From: a virus | Lineage: Duplodnaviria > Caudoviricetes | Direction: 5' to 3' (one strand) | Length of the DNA: 64,000 bases | IMG/VR virus record: IMGVR_UViG_3300014208_000026 | Coordinates: 160,001-224,000 of that record | Shown: one piece after another, positions 31,320-40,341 of the stretch | Numbering within the stretch: the first letter of the stretch is position 1 | Layout: each line of letters opens with the position of its first letter | Made by a program: the position numbers and the translations under genes | Notes under the pieces: generated by a model | The model's database searches: none | What the model was told of the DNA's origin: nothing | Seen by the model: only the letters and a program-made list of their open reading frames with translations

Positions 31320-32195
31320 ATGGGAACTTTTGGGGCAATCAGTACGTTCCGAGTTGGATACTGGAAAGGCATTCGCGGGTTTCTTCTTGGAGAACGCAGG
31401 GACGTGATCCGTCGAATTGCTGTGATCGATGCGGAACTGGCTCGAATCGGCAAGGTGCATGTTCAGTACAAAAAGACCGAGGTAGACGGGGAGGTTCGGG
31501 CCACTGAGGAACGCACCGCAATGTTTGTCGACGCAGGCACCTCTCTGGAAAGACTCATGCAGGCGTACATTGCTCAGGGCGGGAATCCCTTCGATATCTC
31601 CCACTTCTTTATGCCTGACGAGACCATGGCAGTCGGGCAAGATTCCGCAGGGAATACCATTCTGGCCGATGCTTTCCCTTATGGGGGTGTGGCTGCTCCG
31701 CAAAATGCAGAGTACAACGAGCCGCTAACCTACGACGGGTACAAGGGCGGGTATCTGCCTATGCACAAGTATCCTCCGAATCGGACAGGGGACAGGACGG
31801 ATCGAAGCTCAGCGGCGGAGCCGGTGACGGCTTTGATGATTGAAGCTCGACGTTGGGTTGGGCAGGAGATTTCGGAGAAGCTCCACAACCTCGAAGCCCG
31901 CATCATCAAGTTGTGTGACCTTCGGGAGCAACTGGAAAAGGAAAAGGAACTCCTGAAGGCTATGCACGGAGGCACGCTGTCTAGTCTGCCCGAGACCTAT
32001 CACCAGCCTGGGGGAATGTACGCCAACGCCTTGAGACTACAGAATATCGTAGGGCAGATGGATGCGATCTTTTTCGTGACCAACGACGAGGGGGCTGTCA
32101 CACAATGGTCTCCTGCAGGAGGGCAGTTGAGCCCCTATCACGGAATCTTCTGGGAAGATCACCCTGCGGAGAAGACTCTGACGATGATGGCCTAG
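31320..32195 (+). CDS. Hypothetical virion protein, coiled-coil C-terminus
   Basis: 291 aa, starting 2 nt after the previous stop, backbone codon style. Confidence 0.55.
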   Translation: MGTFGAISTFRVGYWKGIRGFLLGERRDVIRRIAVIDAELARIGKVHVQYKKTEVDGEVRATEERTAMFVDAGTSLERLMQAYIAQGGNPFDISHFFMPDETMAVGQDSAGNTILADAFPYGGVAAPQNAEYNEPLTYDGYKGGYLPMHKYPPNRTGDRTDRSSAAEPVTALMIEARRWVGQEISEKLHNLEARIIKLCDLREQLEKEKELLKAMHGGTLSSLPETYHQPGGMYANALRLQNIVGQMDAIFFVTNDEGAVTQWSPAGGQLSPYHGIFWEDHPAEKTLTMMA

Positions 32196-32470
32196 TCCGA
32201 TTCTGGTGGGGCCCAATCACCCATCTCACCCTCAATCTCGGCAACCAGTTCGACCAGACCCCTGGGAGTCGGAACTCCGTCTCCGGTTTGGTAGAACGTG
32301 CAGATCAGGGCTTGAGTCGTCTTGTGTAGGAGCCCTTTCAGAGTGTGGATTTCGGCCTCCTTGGCCACTAGGGCAGTGGCCATGCACTCACTTCCCCCAG
32401 GGGATACGCACGTGTAGAGGTCTGTGCCAAAGGGGCGCCCGCAAATGTTGCAACGGTCCTGGTCGGTCAT
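32192..32470 (-). CDS. Small hypothetical protein with an N-terminal CxxC
   Basis: 92 aa (MTDQDRCNICG...). Has an AGAGG RBS and its own upstream promoter-like motif at 32504-32532. Overlaps the end of the + strand gene convergently. Confidence 0.55.
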   Translation of the reverse strand: MTDQDRCNICGRPFGTDLYTCVSPGGSECMATALVAKEAEIHTLKGLLHKTTQALICTFYQTGDGVPTPRGLVELVAEIEGEMGDWAPPESD

Positions 32471-32503
32471 GTTCTGAGGTTCCTCTTTGTGAAGGCCCGC
32501 TCT

Positions 32504-32532
32504 TACTATACTCTATCGCCGCGATCCCTCGA
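32504..32532 (-). promoter_or_regulatory. Putative promoter TCGA-N12-ATAGAGTATAGTA (copy 1)
   Basis: 13-bp core and TCGA spacing identical to the copy at 33995-34023. Contains a TATAGT -10-like hexamer about 35 nt upstream of the ATG at 32470. Confidence 0.55.
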
Positions 32533-32541
32533 CTGGTTTGA

Positions 32542-33966
32542 TCAGCGTCGGGTCGGAGCACCCCAGTGGACTCTTTGCGGGTACTGTTGTACAGTTTTTT
32601 TGTTGCGCATTGGGTCTCTGCTAGTCGTAGGTTCTAAGCCGTTCTCCGAAACTGACCCGATCGAGGCCCCCTGGGGGTTTCCCTCAGAATCGGTGTTCGG
32701 TTCCTGCTTCACTGAGACTAGTTTCACTCCCTCCCCCGTAGGTACATAAGAGCCAGAGCTTGTCTCTCCACAGGCTTTATCCCGTTTCCTCTTCCTCTTT
32801 GCCTTAGGCACGGGAGGAAGGAGAACGGAGCACACGGGGGAACTCCCCGCAATTTTCACTAATTCCGCTAACTGAACTAAGTTAATAGCTGCGTTGTGAT
32901 CCCTGTCAGCTTCAAAACCACAAGCCTCGCAAATGAACGTCCTGTCCTTTAGGGACTGGTCTTTCTTTACCTCTCCACAGGCCGAACACCTCTTACTACT
33001 CGGAAAGAATCGGTTCGCCTTTACGACAGTTCCGCCCGCCATCCACATCTTGTATGTGATCATCCGATGCAGACTGCTAGGAGAGGCGTCGAAGAGAGCC
33101 TTTGCCAAGCAATGGTTTTTTGTCATTCCAGCAACGTTCAGCGTCTCTAACACAACCGTACTCGAACGCTTGGCTATCGCGTCCGAGACCTTATGTAGAG
33201 CGTCGTTGCGCTGACAGGCGACTTTGTAGTGCTGCTTGGCTAGCTTGTCCTTGGCCTTCTTGGAGTTCTCGGATCCTTTCTTCTTACGAGAGAGGGACTT
33301 TTGTAAAAGGCGAAGCCTCCTTTCGGATCGTTTTAGTGCTTTAGGGTTTTCGAAGACCGTTCCGTCGGATAAAACCGCGAGGGATTTGATCCCCACGTCG
33401 ACTCCCAGGGTTTCTACCCCGAGAGGGCGGGTGTGAGGTTCATCCGTCTTGATCGAGACAAACCACCTACCTGCTCTTTCCGAGACCGTCGCAGAGATAA
33501 TTCTTGCGTCGGTAGGGAAGTAGCCATGCTCTTTCAACCGGAGCCAGCCGAGTCTGGGAAGCTTGATCTTTTTCTCAGTTACGTGAATCTGACCGGTGAG
33601 CGTGAAAGATCCGATCCCGTCTTTCTTTTTCTTGAATTTAGGGTAGCCTTTTTTCTTACATTTAGGATCCCTACATCGGCGGAAATATTGGTCGAACCCA
33701 TTGTCTAAGTTCCGAAGTGCTTCCTGTACAACGCACTTCGAGACTTCATACATCCAAGAGAACCCTCCCTCCTCTTTAGGGAGCTTCTTGAGGACGTTAA
33801 GTTCCTTATGAAGATCAATGGCTGTATGGTACTTTTCACCATTCTTATAAGTCTCGTTCTTACGTCCTAGCCCCCAGTTATAGGCAACCCGAGCCGCACC
33901 TGCGTGCTGCTTGCATCCGGTGATCTGGACTTTGTTCAAATCCAGCTCTGTGAAGTAGGCTCTCAT
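32542..33966 (-). CDS. tnpB: IS607-type TnpB RNA-guided endonuclease, orphan (no tnpA in view)
   Basis: 474 aa with N-terminal HAGAARVAYNWGL and GYPKFKKK. RuvC-I LGVDVGI, RuvC-II VVLETLNV, zinc finger SSKRCSACG...FICEACG, RuvC-III DRDHNAAINL. Long C-terminal tail (ACGE...VKLVSVKQEPNT) of the kind that overlaps the omegaRNA. Confidence 0.92.
   Translation of the reverse strand: MRAYFTELDLNKVQITGCKQHAGAARVAYNWGLGRKNETYKNGEKYHTAIDLHKELNVLKKLPKEEGGFSWMYEVSKCVVQEALRNLDNGFDQYFRRCRDPKCKKKGYPKFKKKKDGIGSFTLTGQIHVTEKKIKLPRLGWLRLKEHGYFPTDARIISATVSERAGRWFVSIKTDEPHTRPLGVETLGVDVGIKSLAVLSDGTVFENPKALKRSERRLRLLQKSLSRKKKGSENSKKAKDKLAKQHYKVACQRNDALHKVSDAIAKRSSTVVLETLNVAGMTKNHCLAKALFDASPSSLHRMITYKMWMAGGTVVKANRFFPSSKRCSACGEVKKDQSLKDRTFICEACGFEADRDHNAAINLVQLAELVKIAGSSPVCSVLLPPVPKAKRKRKRDKACGETSSGSYVPTGEGVKLVSVKQEPNTDSEGNPQGASIGSVSENGLEPTTSRDPMRNKKTVQQYPQRVHWGAPTRR
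32618..32860 (-). ncRNA. Predicted TnpB omegaRNA: scaffold ending ...GTCAGTTTCGGAGAACGG at 32639, then a guide beginning CTTAGAACCTACGACTAGCAG
   Basis: Overlaps the tnpB 3' tail. The scaffold end resembles IS607 right ends and terminates in GG, the IS607 core dinucleotide. Both boundaries are approximate. Confidence 0.5.
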
Positions 33967-33994
33967 TTGGTTTAGACTCTAGCCTCCTGGATCC

Positions 33995-34023
33995 TACTAT
34001 ACTCTATTTGGGCACTTGATCGA
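33995..34023 (-). promoter_or_regulatory. Putative promoter TCGA-N12-ATAGAGTATAGTA (copy 2), upstream of tnpB
   Basis: Exact match of core and spacing to 32504-32532. Lies 29 nt upstream of the tnpB ATG, with GGAGG in between. Confidence 0.55.
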
Positions 34024-34128
34024 AAGTGGGACCAGGGTCGGCTGATCCACCTAGTTCTAGTTTGAGGTTATTCTGGACGGCTGTTACGTGCCCATGCTCA
34101 GGTAGAATGAAACTGAAATCGACCGGCA

Positions 34129-34163
34129 CGGTTTTTCTGCCTATGGTCTCAGCTTAGATAGGA
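34129..34163 (+). promoter_or_regulatory. Putative late promoter copy (CGGTTTTTCTGC-CTATGG-N12-TAGGA)
   Basis: Same bipartite motif. It would restart + strand transcription after the antisense tnpB block. Confidence 0.6.
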
Positions 34164-34185
34164 ACCTCTGCGTGGAGTCCCTCGT

Positions 34186-35271
34186 TTGAGCCAGGATTTT
34201 CAGATCGCCCATAGCTGTTCCCATGAGACTTTGGAGGAATGGGCACAGCTAGATACCGACCGGCAGACGTTGATAACTCGTCAGCCAGTCGGGTCCGAGT
34301 TGTCTGTCCGTATTCTATTGAATGACGATTGGGTGATTCCTCGTGGGGGGTTGCTATCCCCCGCCCAGATCACGAGCGGGCAGTCGGGGCCCTTCAAGAT
34401 TCTGCCGAACGAAACCACGTTGACGGTTCGGACGGCGGATGAAGTTGTGACCTTGGACCTCCCTACGGGTTCCCGCGTTCCTACCTCTACGGTAGTCAGC
34501 AGGTTCCAGGCTTTGACGTCGAATGTTCTGGCGGAGAATGTGAATGGCTCCTTGGTGTTCACCGACCTGTCCAGGGTAGGACCTGGAGCGGTGATCAAGG
34601 TGGAGGGTACAGCGGCAACCTCTTTGGGGTTCGGAACGGACCAGCAGAGGGGGGCCCGAGGAAAAGAGATCATGCCAGGGTGGAACTTGACGAAGCGGGC
34701 AGGGGCTCTTTTCAGTCGCAGTCCGAAGTTCTTGAAGCCGATCAAGTCCAATCCTGTGTTCAAGGTTTCCTACGTGACCGCCCCTGAGTTTTGTCTCCGG
34801 TGTGGAGGTACTCGGGTCGAGAATGATTTCCAAATCGACTCGCAGGGTTCTTACCTGATCATCGAGAACGAGAACCTCCTGTATCAAGCGTCGATGAAGA
34901 TCATTCTCACCGACAAGGGCTCGAATCCTTTCCATACTTGGTACGGGACTTCCATCAGTTCCCGGATTGGGAGCAAGGCTGTCGGTAACATTGCGGGGGC
35001 TTTGGCAGAAGATGTACGGCAGGCCCTCACGAACTTGCAGAACATTCAGACCCAGAAGTCCAAGTGGCAACCGGTTACATTCAAGGAACGGCTGTACCAG
35101 ATTTTGCAAGTCCAGGTGTACCCCGACCCGCAAGATCAGACAGCCTTTACGATTGACGTGGTGGTACAGAATGCCGCCAGAGAACCGGTTCAGCTATCTA
35201 TCGTTTACACAACTCCGGGGACGGTGTCCAGGATGACTTCTAACGGACGAACTCTAGCTTTAGGGGCCTAA
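34186..35271 (+). CDS. Baseplate wedge subunit with C-terminal gp25/gpW-like domain
   Basis: 361 aa, TTG start. C-terminal NLLYQASMKIILTDKGSNPFHTWYGTSI...DVRQAL...FTIDVVVQNA is gp25-like. Confidence 0.7.
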   Translation: MSQDFQIAHSCSHETLEEWAQLDTDRQTLITRQPVGSELSVRILLNDDWVIPRGGLLSPAQITSGQSGPFKILPNETTLTVRTADEVVTLDLPTGSRVPTSTVVSRFQALTSNVLAENVNGSLVFTDLSRVGPGAVIKVEGTAATSLGFGTDQQRGARGKEIMPGWNLTKRAGALFSRSPKFLKPIKSNPVFKVSYVTAPEFCLRCGGTRVENDFQIDSQGSYLIIENENLLYQASMKIILTDKGSNPFHTWYGTSISSRIGSKAVGNIAGALAEDVRQALTNLQNIQTQKSKWQPVTFKERLYQILQVQVYPDPQDQTAFTIDVVVQNAAREPVQLSIVYTTPGTVSRMTSNGRTLALGA

Positions 35272-35274
35272 GCC

Positions 35275-38200
35275 ATGGCAACTCCAAAGTTTCTAGGTCC
35301 CGATGGGATTCTGCGAGAAGAATTCAATTTTTCGACTACGCTTGCGTTCCGGTTCTTCTCCGGCACTACGGATGCAGATACCGTGGATATGCAAGTGTCG
35401 GTCCGCGGGGACCCTTTCGTAAGCGATGCGGATCTGATCTCGTTCGAGGGGACAACGTTTTCTATTCCTAATCCGACGGTCTATCCTGACGGGCTCCCCC
35501 TGGACGCTGGGTTGAATGAGATTCGAGTTCGGGCGGTGCTCACGAACGGTAGTGTGACTCCGGAAGCGGTCATTCGGGCCCGTTTGGTCCAGGAAAGTGA
35601 TCTCGGGATGATCGTGCTCCCGCCCACTGGCATTTCGGCGGAGAGGAAAAGTGGTCTTGTTGTCGTTACGGTAGAGGGGCTCGACGATTCTCATATCCTG
35701 GGTTACAATTTCTACGCTTCGACGCAAGAGGGCGGAGGGATTGCAGGGTACTCCAAGATCAACTCCGCTCTTGTGTCCTCCGGTGTCACGGCAGAGGAGG
35801 AAACCAGTCTCTCCTCATTGGATACTGATATCATTGTCGCTGTAGGCGGGGATTTGCTCCCTCTCGCGGATCCTCAGTATCTGAACATCCTGGGTACTCA
35901 GCAGGATCGGGAAGGTGTGGTACTGACAACTGATTTCAATGAGTCTTTGGAGATTCCAGAGACGGCACGTAAACTGAGGTTTGCGGCCACCATCAACACT
36001 GTCCGTAACGTCACGTCTTACTCGTTTACCCATAGTCGCACGGCTACGTTGCAGTCTGTTTATCCCGCGATTCCGAATAGCAGTTTCGGGACGATTGCTG
36101 AGACAGACCCTCTCTACTACGTAGCCTCTGCGGTCTATTACGATGACGTAGCCGGTGTAGAGACTGAGTCCTCCTATTCCCCCGAAGTGACCGGAGCGCC
36201 TATTGTCGTGACTTCGGCTGTGGGGGCTTTCCCGACCGTGAATCGCACGCAGATCGTGCAGGATATGTCCCTTTCGGTGTTCCGCTCAAATCCCGGACTC
36301 TCGATCGAACCTGGGTCCGTTCTTAGAGACACCGTCATGGACCCCGCTTCTGTCGAAATGGCACGAGTTCGTTTCGTCATTGACTTTATGCATCGGGCTC
36401 AGAGTCCCGCTTCGTTGCTGGCTATCGACGACCCGAATCGTACGGGGGCTTCTGTTCCTGTCAGTGCTTCTGCTTACAAGTTGGATCTGAAAAAGGCTTT
36501 CTACCTGACGGCGGATGCTGATGTACAGGCTCTCATTGATGACTCCTTTGATATCCTTGGCAACAGGTATGGTCTGACTCGTGACCCTGGCAATTATGCC
36601 CGAGGCGAGGTCACGTTCTACACCAAGTCCCGTCCGACTCGCTCCAAGACTTTCCCTGTGGGGACTCTGGTTAGTAGCGGTGTCCAATTCAGGACGACGA
36701 CTACGGCCCAGGTTACCCTATCTAACGTCGCTTCGATCTACAGTGCCTCTACGGGCAGGTATTCCGTTCGAGCTTCTATCAAGGCAACCGATCGGGGTGC
36801 CGCTGGAAATCTCACTGAAGGTCAGATCCGGAAGATCGTGACGGCAGGCTACGAAGATTTCTCCGTCACGAATGAGGGTCGAATTTCTGGAGGCACGGAG
36901 CGAGAATCCAATCTCCGTTTTGCAGAGAGAATCGGGACCGCTCTGGCTATGATCAGCGGGGACACAGAGTGGGCTTATCGCCAGACAGCAATCGGCGTTT
37001 CCAGCGTAGAAGAGGTCAAGGTTATTAGTGCCGGAGACGCTAATATGCTGCGGGACTTCGATGGTGCTATCCACCGCGGGGGGAAGGTAGACGTTTGGGT
37101 TCGAGGGAGCCAGACCGCAAGCGTGACGGACGATTTTGCCTTCTCTTACGAGATTGCAAAGGGGATGGCTTTTGCGGTTGTCGGGGATCCTCAGAACCTT
37201 ACTTTCATTGCCCTCGATAGCAATCTCTCGGTGAACAATCCAATCATTGAGGTGTTGGATATCCCTGCGTGGGGGTACGAGTTCGTGAATGCCAATACCG
37301 GCGTGGCCATGAACCTGACAGGGGTTGTGATTCAGGACTATCGGACCATCGTCCTGTCCTCGACGTACAATGACCCTGTGACCTATTATTTGACTGACGT
37401 GTTCCATGGCAGTTACCGGTATCGAACCAGTGACAGGTTCGTGTTCCCCAGACAGCCGGTGGAATCTATCGAGTCTCTGACCGGAACGGTTACGGGTGTC
37501 GTGAACTCCAGTGCCTATGCTCTGTATCGGGCGGCCTCTCCTCTCCAGCTTGGCCGTTCGGAGTGGGCGGGGGATTACCTGAAGGTTACGGATACCCAGG
37601 CAACCGGAATCACCATTCCTTCAGGGACGCCCATCACTGTTGCCAGTGAGGAGCATGTCATTCTTGCGGGGTATACGGAGTACCTGTTTGAGATTGGGGC
37701 GAACGTTCTCACCTTGGAAGTCTGGGACTCCTCCCACACTACGATGTACATCAGCCCTTATGCTGATTCCGTCAATAATGACTACACGGTCATCATGGGT
37801 ACAGACACGTCTCCTGTCGGTGTTCGGTTGACTACGGGGAGCGCCATCGTTTCGGGGTCTTCCGTTCTGTTCGATTACAGCCACGATGAGCGGTTTACGG
37901 TGCGGTATTCTTTGGATAGCATGACCCGAGAGACCCAGACTGCCTTGGATCAGAATCGGAATCTCCATGCTGACGTGTTGGCTAAGAAGGCTGTGCCGAT
38001 TCCCGTAGATTTGGGTATGACGGTGATTTTGCAGCAGAACACGGATTTGACTCCCGACAAAGCGGATACTGCTATTCGTACTGCTCTTTATAACTACGAG
38101 AATCGGTTGCGGGTGGGTCAACGACTCCGGCCTTCGGACGCTATTGGGGTTGTGGAAAAGATTACGGGTGTGTCCCATGTGCTGGTGCCGTTGACAAAAC

Positions 38201-38688
38201 TTGTTCTAACCGAGGGGGCTTTGGTACTTCGGGAGCCTCTCACTGTGGCAACTGTTGCCGACGTGTTCAAGGTTCCTTCGTGGTCCACTTCGACTGTGGA
38301 CGTCTACCTGTTGCGGTCCGAACTGGCGGCGGCAACTACGGACCGCGGAGGTCCCAGTAACGAGTATCGAAGCGTTTACCAGAACGACAACGAGCTGGAT
38401 TTGCAGGAGATGAACCCGAATCTTCAGAGCATTCCCTTGAAGAGGAAGGCTGGAAACGCCTATATTATCGGTAACGGAGGAATGACCATTCCAGGGTATA
38501 CGGGGGACACGGCCAATCGGGTATTAGTATCTGTCCCCATGGGGGACACTCCGCTGAATTACAGCTATGCGGTAACCTACATTGCGTCCGAGGGTACAGG
38601 GATGAAATCTGAGATTCGTCCTGGGCCGTTGGGGTATGTGGTGTTCCAGAACATCGAACTGGTTTTTGACGAAGAGGTGCCTGAATAA
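35275..38688 (+). CDS. Baseplate J / gp6-like wedge protein
   Basis: 1137 aa with ARGEVTF...FPVGTLV...FRT, ATDRGAAGN...GQI, VTNEGRISGGTERESN and GGKVDVWV baseplate-J motifs. Confidence 0.8.
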   Translation: MATPKFLGPDGILREEFNFSTTLAFRFFSGTTDADTVDMQVSVRGDPFVSDADLISFEGTTFSIPNPTVYPDGLPLDAGLNEIRVRAVLTNGSVTPEAVIRARLVQESDLGMIVLPPTGISAERKSGLVVVTVEGLDDSHILGYNFYASTQEGGGIAGYSKINSALVSSGVTAEEETSLSSLDTDIIVAVGGDLLPLADPQYLNILGTQQDREGVVLTTDFNESLEIPETARKLRFAATINTVRNVTSYSFTHSRTATLQSVYPAIPNSSFGTIAETDPLYYVASAVYYDDVAGVETESSYSPEVTGAPIVVTSAVGAFPTVNRTQIVQDMSLSVFRSNPGLSIEPGSVLRDTVMDPASVEMARVRFVIDFMHRAQSPASLLAIDDPNRTGASVPVSASAYKLDLKKAFYLTADADVQALIDDSFDILGNRYGLTRDPGNYARGEVTFYTKSRPTRSKTFPVGTLVSSGVQFRTTTTAQVTLSNVASIYSASTGRYSVRASIKATDRGAAGNLTEGQIRKIVTAGYEDFSVTNEGRISGGTERESNLRFAERIGTALAMISGDTEWAYRQTAIGVSSVEEVKVISAGDANMLRDFDGAIHRGGKVDVWVRGSQTASVTDDFAFSYEIAKGMAFAVVGDPQNLTFIALDSNLSVNNPIIEVLDIPAWGYEFVNANTGVAMNLTGVVIQDYRTIVLSSTYNDPVTYYLTDVFHGSYRYRTSDRFVFPRQPVESIESLTGTVTGVVNSSAYALYRAASPLQLGRSEWAGDYLKVTDTQATGITIPSGTPITVASEEHVILAGYTEYLFEIGANVLTLEVWDSSHTTMYISPYADSVNNDYTVIMGTDTSPVGVRLTTGSAIVSGSSVLFDYSHDERFTVRYSLDSMTRETQTALDQNRNLHADVLAKKAVPIPVDLGMTVILQQNTDLTPDKADTAIRTALYNYENRLRVGQRLRPSDAIGVVEKITGVSHVLVPLTKLVLTEGALVLREPLTVATVADVFKVPSWSTSTVDVYLLRSELAAATTDRGGPSNEYRSVYQNDNELDLQEMNPNLQSIPLKRKAGNAYIIGNGGMTIPGYTGDTANRVLVSVPMGDTPLNYSYAVTYIASEGTGMKSEIRPGPLGYVVFQNIELVFDEEVPE

Positions 38689-38849
38689 TGGAAACCCCGG
38701 ACGTCGAGATCTTCGTGCCGGTGCTGGAAAACGGACAATGGGAACTGTATTTGGTTAGGGAGGGGAACGGTTTGGATTTTGGGTTGGACAACACGGACCA
38801 TTTGATGGCCGAAATGTTGCGGGAGATAAGGTCATGCTCTCTGCAATGA
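38688..38849 (+). CDS. Small acidic ORF (53 aa), not in the ORF track
   Basis: METPDVEIFVPVLENGQWELYLVREGNGLDFGLDNTDHLMAEMLREIRSCSLQ. Starts in a TAATG overlap with the J-like stop. Confidence 0.5.
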   Translation: METPDVEIFVPVLENGQWELYLVREGNGLDFGLDNTDHLMAEMLREIRSCSLQ

Positions 38850-38947
38850 TCCTCAGCCAGCGGCCGTGGCAGGTTATCGCCGTGATTCTCTTGGTGCTGT
38901 TCTGTGTCGGACTTCGTGGTGGGGGCGGAAAAAATGGCCACGTCTAG
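38834..38947 (+). CDS. Small single-transmembrane ORF (37 aa), not in the ORF track
   Basis: MLSAMILSQRPWQVIAVILLVLFCVGLRGGGGKNGHV. GGAG upstream of the ATG at 38834, with an alternative ATGA-coupled start at 38846. Overlaps the next start. Confidence 0.4.
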   Translation: MLSAMILSQRPWQVIAVILLVLFCVGLRGGGGKNGHV

Positions 38948-40241
38948 CAAAATCATTCCTGGGTCTGTTGAACAGAATCCGTCGTGGGTCACGCCCAAGG
39001 GGCAGGACTACAAAGATCGGATTCAGGAACAGACCAGTCAGATCATGAGTGCTTTCATGCAGATGCTCCCGTCTAACTACGTTTCTCAGGTTACAGGGCC
39101 TTTCTACACTATGCAGTTCCAGGCCATTGCCGAACGGCTGGCCGAATTTCAAATGGTGGCTCAGGAAGTGTTCTCTGACGCCGATTACGACTTCACTCGA
39201 CCTGAGTTTCTGTACCAGATCCTTGGAACCCTGGTGTTCCCAGATATCAGTGAGGGCATTCCGCAGATTGATGGAGACGTGACCTATCGTACTTTTCTTA
39301 AGAGGATGGTGGCTTTGCTTCTCAGGGGGGCTACGAAGGAGGCTTCTGAAGAAGGGGTGCAACTGCTGACAGACCACGTTGTTAAGGTTATCGAGAAGAA
39401 CATTGCTGCTCGGGGGGATGCAAATTCGGGTTGGGGGTTTGACGACCAGTTCACTTTTGAAGTAGATATCTATGCAGACGCCAACGGGAATTTTCCGGAG
39501 GATCCGGTACAACTACAGGAGAATGCAAGGCTGGTTCTCAAGGCGCTGAAACCCGCTCATCTGCTTTACGATTTTCGTTTCGTGTTTCAGGATATTGCCA
39601 GGGCGGCTTCGGATGCTTGGTACACGGACGTCATCCCCAATCCCTATTGGGAGATGGAAGTTTTCGACTATGAGGATGCTAGGAGTTACTGGCACGGAGC
39701 CAAGAACATTATCGGAACCAACGGAGTGACTTGGACGGATAGGGGCCTGTTTTCGGACGTGACCCGAAGTTTCGCTTCAGTTCAACCCGGAGCTTCCCTC
39801 ACAATCGCAGCCGGGATTAATACCGGGACTTACAGGGTGAGAGAGGTCAGGACGTTCCCCTTGGGGGATGATAGCACTGCCCGTCCCTACACGACCGCTC
39901 CTACGGGGTTGTCTGGATGGGCAAGTGTGGAGGACGGGGCTTTTGTAGACTCTTCTCAGGATTTTTCGGCTGCGGTTGAAGGTGAAGTTCTGGTTTTTAC
40001 CGCAGGAGCCAACGCTGGATCTTATCGGTTGGGGGTTTTGTTGGGCACTCAGGGAGGACCTGTTGGGTTTGCCTCTGGACCGGCAACGCAAGTTCGACCT
40101 ACCCCGTCTATTTTGCGTCTTGAGTCTCGAATGAAGCAAGCGGGTATGGGCCAGAGATATATTGTTGAAGTGGATCGGTTGGGTAAGTCTGAAGAGAAGA
40201 CAGTGACTGGAGAAGACGTAACTTCTCCGTTTTTATCTTAG
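38934..40241 (+). CDS. Baseplate wedge gp7 / P2 gpI-like protein
   Basis: About 435 aa (ATG at 38934 preferred). YRTFLKRMVALLLRGAT and LKALKPAHLL (KPAH motif). Follows baseplate J. Confidence 0.7.
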   Translation: MATSSKIIPGSVEQNPSWVTPKGQDYKDRIQEQTSQIMSAFMQMLPSNYVSQVTGPFYTMQFQAIAERLAEFQMVAQEVFSDADYDFTRPEFLYQILGTLVFPDISEGIPQIDGDVTYRTFLKRMVALLLRGATKEASEEGVQLLTDHVVKVIEKNIAARGDANSGWGFDDQFTFEVDIYADANGNFPEDPVQLQENARLVLKALKPAHLLYDFRFVFQDIARAASDAWYTDVIPNPYWEMEVFDYEDARSYWHGAKNIIGTNGVTWTDRGLFSDVTRSFASVQPGASLTIAAGINTGTYRVREVRTFPLGDDSTARPYTTAPTGLSGWASVEDGAFVDSSQDFSAAVEGEVLVFTAGANAGSYRLGVLLGTQGGPVGFASGPATQVRPTPSILRLESRMKQAGMGQRYIVEVDRLGKSEEKTVTGEDVTSPFLS

Positions 40242-40251
40242 ATAAAATCTG

Positions 40252-40332
40252 TCAGAGCCGGATGGCCGACGCGGACAGGCCGATGGTGGCGAGTCCTGCG
40301 AGGGCGGCGATAGTGCTTCCTGAGCGGCCCAT
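40252..40332 (-). pseudogene. Truncated 26-codon gene start (MGRSGSTIAALAGLATIGLSASAIRL*)
   Basis: Has the same AGGAGGCCAGCATG initiation region as the 40833 gene and a similar N-terminus. Stops exactly where GC-rich DNA meets the backbone. Confidence 0.45.
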
Positions 40333-40341
40333 GCTGGCCTC

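Noticed and set aside
32583-32602. Intrinsic terminator ACTGT-TGT-ACAGT-T7 on the + strand
   Set aside because: The 5-bp AT-rich stem is weak and lies about 390 bp past the last + strand stop. Too weak to list as a feature.
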